Assembly: GCA_963717295.1 (NCBI GenBank) | Contig: OY970330.1 | Span: 2,117,902 to 2,181,901 of the forward strand | Reading direction: 5' to 3' | DNA length: 64,000 nucleotides | DNA from: Thermoanaerobaculaceae bacterium | GTDB taxonomy: Bacteria > Acidobacteriota > Thermoanaerobaculia > Multivoradales > UBA5704 | In this document: in pieces, positions 60,421-64,000 of the stretch | Layout of the letters: each line of letters opens with the position of its first letter | Numbering within the stretch: position 1 is the stretch's first letter | Program-made: the position numbers and the translations under genes | Notes under the pieces: generated by a model | What the model was told of the DNA's origin: nothing | Databases searched by the model: none | What the model saw: the letters and a program-made list of their open reading frames with translations, nothing else

Positions 60421-63400
60421 CACCGGCTGCCGCCCTCCTCGGCCCGCGGGGCCGGGCTGGAGGCGGCCGGCACGGCCGGCGTCGAGACTTCCGACTGCTT
60501 GCAGCTCTGCACCCGGAAGATACCCCAGAGGCCGAGATCGAACTGGTCCGCCGGATAGGTGCGGAAGAGGTAGTCGCCGGTGACGGCGTTGGAGCCGCCC
60601 GCCCTCTCGATGAGAACGTCGAAGTGGTTGCCCGGACCGTGGCCGCTGCGGGAGCCCTGCCAGAGGCTGAGCGAGTCCCGGCCCGAGGGGCTGTCGAGAC
60701 GCGGACGTGGCGGCCCGTAGGAGGGGAGGAAGGACGCCCCGGCCAGCGCGCTGGGGACGCAACCCCGCTGGTTCGAGACGATCGACGAGGAGTAGAGGTT
60801 GGTCTGGGTGGTCTGCGGCGCGCAGCCGAGCAGGCCGGTGCTCTCGTAGGGCGTCTCGGTCCAGACGTGGCCGTAGAGCTCGAAGACCTCGTTGGTGATG
60901 ACGCCTCCCGGATGCAGCAGCCGGAAGCGCACCGGCTCGCCGGCGCAGGCGGTCAGCGTCGGCACCTGATTCTGGTTGCAGTTGGCGAAGACGCCGCTGA
61001 CGCAGACGCCTTTGACGAGCGCCGTCGTGCAGCACTTCGCGGAGTTGGAGAGGATGCACGAGACGTCGCCCGAGGTGGCGCAGTTGATGCCGCTGAAGTT
61101 GGGCAGCATCGTCTTGAAGTTGAAGGCGTTGAGGGCCGCGGCGCCGAGCGTGCCGGCCGGGGACGGCGGTTTGGCCAGGCCGTCCTGGGTGGCGAGCACG
61201 AACTCGTGGAACGCGGGGCCGTTGGGCGGCTTCACGTGGGCCTCGACGCCGTCGGCCGCCGACCAGCCGCCCGCGCCCTCGGGCTCGATCACCAGCGCGC
61301 CGAAGAGGCCGTGCTGGTAGTGGTTGACGACGTCGGACGGCAGCAGGTTGGAGGCGCCGAGCTCGATCGGGATGTACGGGTTCGCGGCGTTGTGGACGTC
61401 GATGTTGCCGGCGTACCAGGTGTAGGTCACGTTGGAGCCGATCGCCACTGTCTGGTAGGGGTTGGCGCCGACGTTGAAGCCGTCGCTGGTCGAGGCGTCG
61501 AAGGTGGGAAGCTGCGGATGCAGGCCCACCGAGGACGAGGTGTTCGAAGGAAGGCAGGGAGTCGTCGTGCCGCCCGCGGCGCAGGTCAGGCCGAAGGTCG
61601 GCGGATTGGTCTGCGCCGGCGGCGGCAGGTTGGGCGCCGAGGCGCCCGCCGGCAGGCTGGCCGAGGTGAGGAAGTTGTAGAGCTTCACCGTCACGCAGTC
61701 ACCGGCGTTGGCGCGCAGCACCAGGGGCTCGGGAGTCGGACGCTTGGGCTTGCAGGAGGCGCTCGGCGTGGTGCAATTGAGGTCCTCCAGCTTGTAGTAG
61801 AGGGTGGCGTTGGGATCGGCGATGCCTCCCTGAAGCGCGGTGTAGGTCACGCTGCCCGACAGTGCCACCACCGTGTAGTTGCGGTTCTGGTGCGGCAGGG
61901 TGACCTTCGCGGGGCAGACCGGAATCGACCCGGCCTGGGCCGGATTCTGGTTCTGGGGCAGCGGGCGCAGGTCGCCGCGGCGGTCGCCGTAGGCGCGCAG
62001 GAGCGACCAGTTGCCGCCCGCCTGCTCGATCGCCGCGGCCCCTGCCATGAACAGGTAGTCGGCCTGCTTGCCGGTTCCGCTCACCGGCGCCGAGACCCAG
62101 CCCGGCAGCCGGAAGATCTGTTCGAAATGCTCCGAGATTCCCATCACCTGGCTGCCGCGCCAGCCCGAATCGACCCAGCCGGGCTGCGATAGCCAGTGCA
62201 CGCCGTGGATGGCGAGGTTGTGCGGGTTGATCTGGCCAGTGACCAGCGTGCGCACCTGCACGTCGTCGCCGGCATAGGAGCGCAGGAGCGGAGTGAAGGG
62301 ATCGCCCGGCTGGACGTCCCTGGTCAACGGCGGATAGGGGCCGGTGCCGGTGAGCCAGGGCCGCACCTGCGAGGTGTAGGCGTAGGCCATGTCGCCGAGG
62401 GTGCCCGAGGTCGACGGCTTCTGGGTCGCCGGGTCGATGATGCGCGGGTAGAGCGGCTCGTTGCGGTAGTTCATCGAGAAGCTGTTGGAGCCGCCCGCGA
62501 GGGTGATCACCTCGGCCGCGACCTTGTTCGGCGCGTCGATGGGCAGCGTGCCCCAGGTGGCGATGTTGGGCAGCACCGTCGCCTTGCCGGCGGGGCCGAA
62601 GACGTTGAGCGGCTGGTAGGCGACCACCTGGCCGGGAACGCCGGCCACCGTGTTGCAGGTCGCCTGGGCGTAATTGCAGGCCGAGACGTCCTCGGCGGTC
62701 TGCCAGGTGGCGAGCCGGCACGACAGCTTCGTGTTGTTGGAGCAGAAGCCGTAGGCGTAGCAAACGCCCGTGCCGCACCCCGAGGCCGGCTGGGTGGCGG
62801 TGGCGGGCGTGCAGGAGCGGGTGCTATCCACCGAGCACCAGCCCTTGCCAGCGAACGGGTTGACCACCGACGCGGCGAACGGCGAGTAGGTGAGCGTCGA
62901 GTCCTGCACGGCGAAGACGAACTCGCGGAAGCTCGCCTTGCTGACCGGCGTCTCGATGACCGCCTGCCAGGTGGTGGGGCCGCCGTCGCGCACCGACAGG
63001 CCGTTGGGGCCGGTCGCCGTGCGGCCGGGAATCGGCTGGCCGGTCTTCGGGTCGACGCCGCCGAACGGCGCTCCCACCGTGCTCTCGTTGCCGTACCAGA
63101 GCGAGCCCTTGGGCTCGATCACCAGGCCGGCGTAGAGGCCCGCCTGCTGGTGGGTCGACGGCCCGAAGTGGTCGTGGGTGAACACCGTGCGTAGCGTGCG
63201 GTCGACGGCGAGGGCGGCCGGCGGATCGTGACGCGGGCCGTCGAACAGCGGATCGGCGTACCAGCGCTGGATGGTGGCCTGCGCTCCCAGCCAGCGGCCG
63301 CCCGGGCCGGCGCCGAAGAACGGCAGCGTCTTGGCGGCGAGCCGGCGGGTGGGAGCGCCGGAGCCGGAGCCGGCGGCCAGGCCGCCGCCGGCGTTGATGG

Positions 63401-63941
63401 CGCGGATGCGCTCGGTCACCTCGTCGGGCGAGAAGGTGCCGTCCTCGTAGTTGAAGCCGTTGGTGGCGCCGTCGGAGGAGGTGACGTCGAACTTCACCAG
63501 GTGGATGTGCTGGCCGAGGATGTCGGTCGGCGTGCGCACCTGGAAGTCGTCGAGCTCGTAGACGTTCGGCACCAAGTTGGCGAGCGTGTACTCGATGCAC
63601 TCGCCGGAGTTGGCGCGGAAGAACAGAGGCTCCGGCGCGCGCTTGCCGGCGAGGGTGTTCTCGACGTCACCCCACAGCGCCAGCATGCGCTGCTGCGGGA
63701 AGTGCCACCCCTCCTTGTTGAAGACGGCGTCGAGCTGGATGTCGGCCGCCTTGTAATGGCGCGTCACCAGCCCTGGAGGCTTGCCGCCGGCCCGGCTGTA
63801 GTTGATGCAGGGATCGGCATAGGGGGCGCCGGCGACTGCCGGCAGGCCATTGAGGATGAACTGCGCCGGCTTCGGCGCCCTCTCCTGGGTGAAGGTGGCG
63901 TGGAAGCGCTGGCCGTGAACCGCCATGGCGAGCTGCTCCAC
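60420..63941 (-). CDS. Large (1173 aa) multicopper-oxidase-like protein
   Basis: Cu-site-like motifs FTHDHFGPSTHQQAGLYAGLVIEP (compare CueO/CotA WxHDHxxxxxxxxxYxGLxG), HIHLVKFDV, IHGVHW, YQHGLFGALVIEPEG and ELYGHVW, spread over several cupredoxin-sized segments. No N-terminal signal peptide is visible. Confidence 0.55.
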   Translation of the reverse strand: MEQLAMAVHGQRFHATFTQERAPKPAQFILNGLPAVAGAPYADPCINYSRAGGKPPGLVTRHYKAADIQLDAVFNKEGWHFPQQRMLALWGDVENTLAGKRAPEPLFFRANSGECIEYTLANLVPNVYELDDFQVRTPTDILGQHIHLVKFDVTSSDGATNGFNYEDGTFSPDEVTERIRAINAGGGLAAGSGSGAPTRRLAAKTLPFFGAGPGGRWLGAQATIQRWYADPLFDGPRHDPPAALAVDRTLRTVFTHDHFGPSTHQQAGLYAGLVIEPKGSLWYGNESTVGAPFGGVDPKTGQPIPGRTATGPNGLSVRDGGPTTWQAVIETPVSKASFREFVFAVQDSTLTYSPFAASVVNPFAGKGWCSVDSTRSCTPATATQPASGCGTGVCYAYGFCSNNTKLSCRLATWQTAEDVSACNYAQATCNTVAGVPGQVVAYQPLNVFGPAGKATVLPNIATWGTLPIDAPNKVAAEVITLAGGSNSFSMNYRNEPLYPRIIDPATQKPSTSGTLGDMAYAYTSQVRPWLTGTGPYPPLTRDVQPGDPFTPLLRSYAGDDVQVRTLVTGQINPHNLAIHGVHWLSQPGWVDSGWRGSQVMGISEHFEQIFRLPGWVSAPVSGTGKQADYLFMAGAAAIEQAGGNWSLLRAYGDRRGDLRPLPQNQNPAQAGSIPVCPAKVTLPHQNRNYTVVALSGSVTYTALQGGIADPNATLYYKLEDLNCTTPSASCKPKRPTPEPLVLRANAGDCVTVKLYNFLTSASLPAGASAPNLPPPAQTNPPTFGLTCAAGGTTTPCLPSNTSSSVGLHPQLPTFDASTSDGFNVGANPYQTVAIGSNVTYTWYAGNIDVHNAANPYIPIELGASNLLPSDVVNHYQHGLFGALVIEPEGAGGWSAADGVEAHVKPPNGPAFHEFVLATQDGLAKPPSPAGTLGAAALNAFNFKTMLPNFSGINCATSGDVSCILSNSAKCCTTALVKGVCVSGVFANCNQNQVPTLTACAGEPVRFRLLHPGGVITNEVFELYGHVWTETPYESTGLLGCAPQTTQTNLYSSSIVSNQRGCVPSALAGASFLPSYGPPRPRLDSPSGRDSLSLWQGSRSGHGPGNHFDVLIERAGGSNAVTGDYLFRTYPADQFDLGLWGIFRVQSCKQSEVSTPAVPAASSPAPRAEEGGSR

Positions 63942-64000
63942 CCCCGTTCCCTCTTCAGGCAGCTCGAAAGCCTTGACCTTCTCCAGCGTCTTGCTGAAGT

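Noticed and set aside
60421-61059. N-terminal 213-aa extension of ORF 58495..61059
   Set aside because: The extension overlaps the oxidase gene in another frame and is Arg/Leu-rich. A signal-peptide start (MPRLVL) sits exactly at the ATGA overlap at 60420.

Overview
GC-rich (~70%) bacterial window, probably Acidobacteria or a myxobacterium given the gene content; no search was possible. Roughly 60% of it (1..38222, minus strand) is one co-directional, translationally coupled hybrid NRPS-PKS assembly line. The ~7.3k-aa first gene is a FAAL-ACP loading didomain, five C-A-PCP modules and a Cy-A(Ox)-PCP module. It is followed by a malonyl-specific KS-AT-KR-DH-ACP PKS, then two recently duplicated Cy-A-PCP-Ox modules, the second ending in an intact C domain. 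The last gene opens with a catalytically degenerate C-like domain and runs off the left edge. The predicted product is an N-acylated lipopeptide-polyketide with three Cys-derived thiazoles. The cluster is bounded at 38.2-38.8 kb by a ~190-bp AT-rich block carrying a near-consensus sigma70 promoter and several palindromes, a 37-nt tRNA 3'-half repeat, and an intact tRNA-Thr(CGU). Downstream lie three exported proteins, an HTH_8 regulator, a beta-lactamase-family hydrolase and a 17-unit 21-bp tandem array. Next come a methyltransferase plus B12-radical-SAM pair and two 199-bp MITE copies (51-bp perfect TIRs) flanking an FHA/Ser-Thr-kinase pair. The window ends with a tightly coupled minus-strand operon of three B12-radical-SAM enzymes, a SPASM/twitch radical SAM and two methyltransferases, preceded by a secreted beta-propeller protein and a large multicopper oxidase. 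Many antisense ORFs inside the GC-rich synthetase genes are artefacts and are not listed as features.
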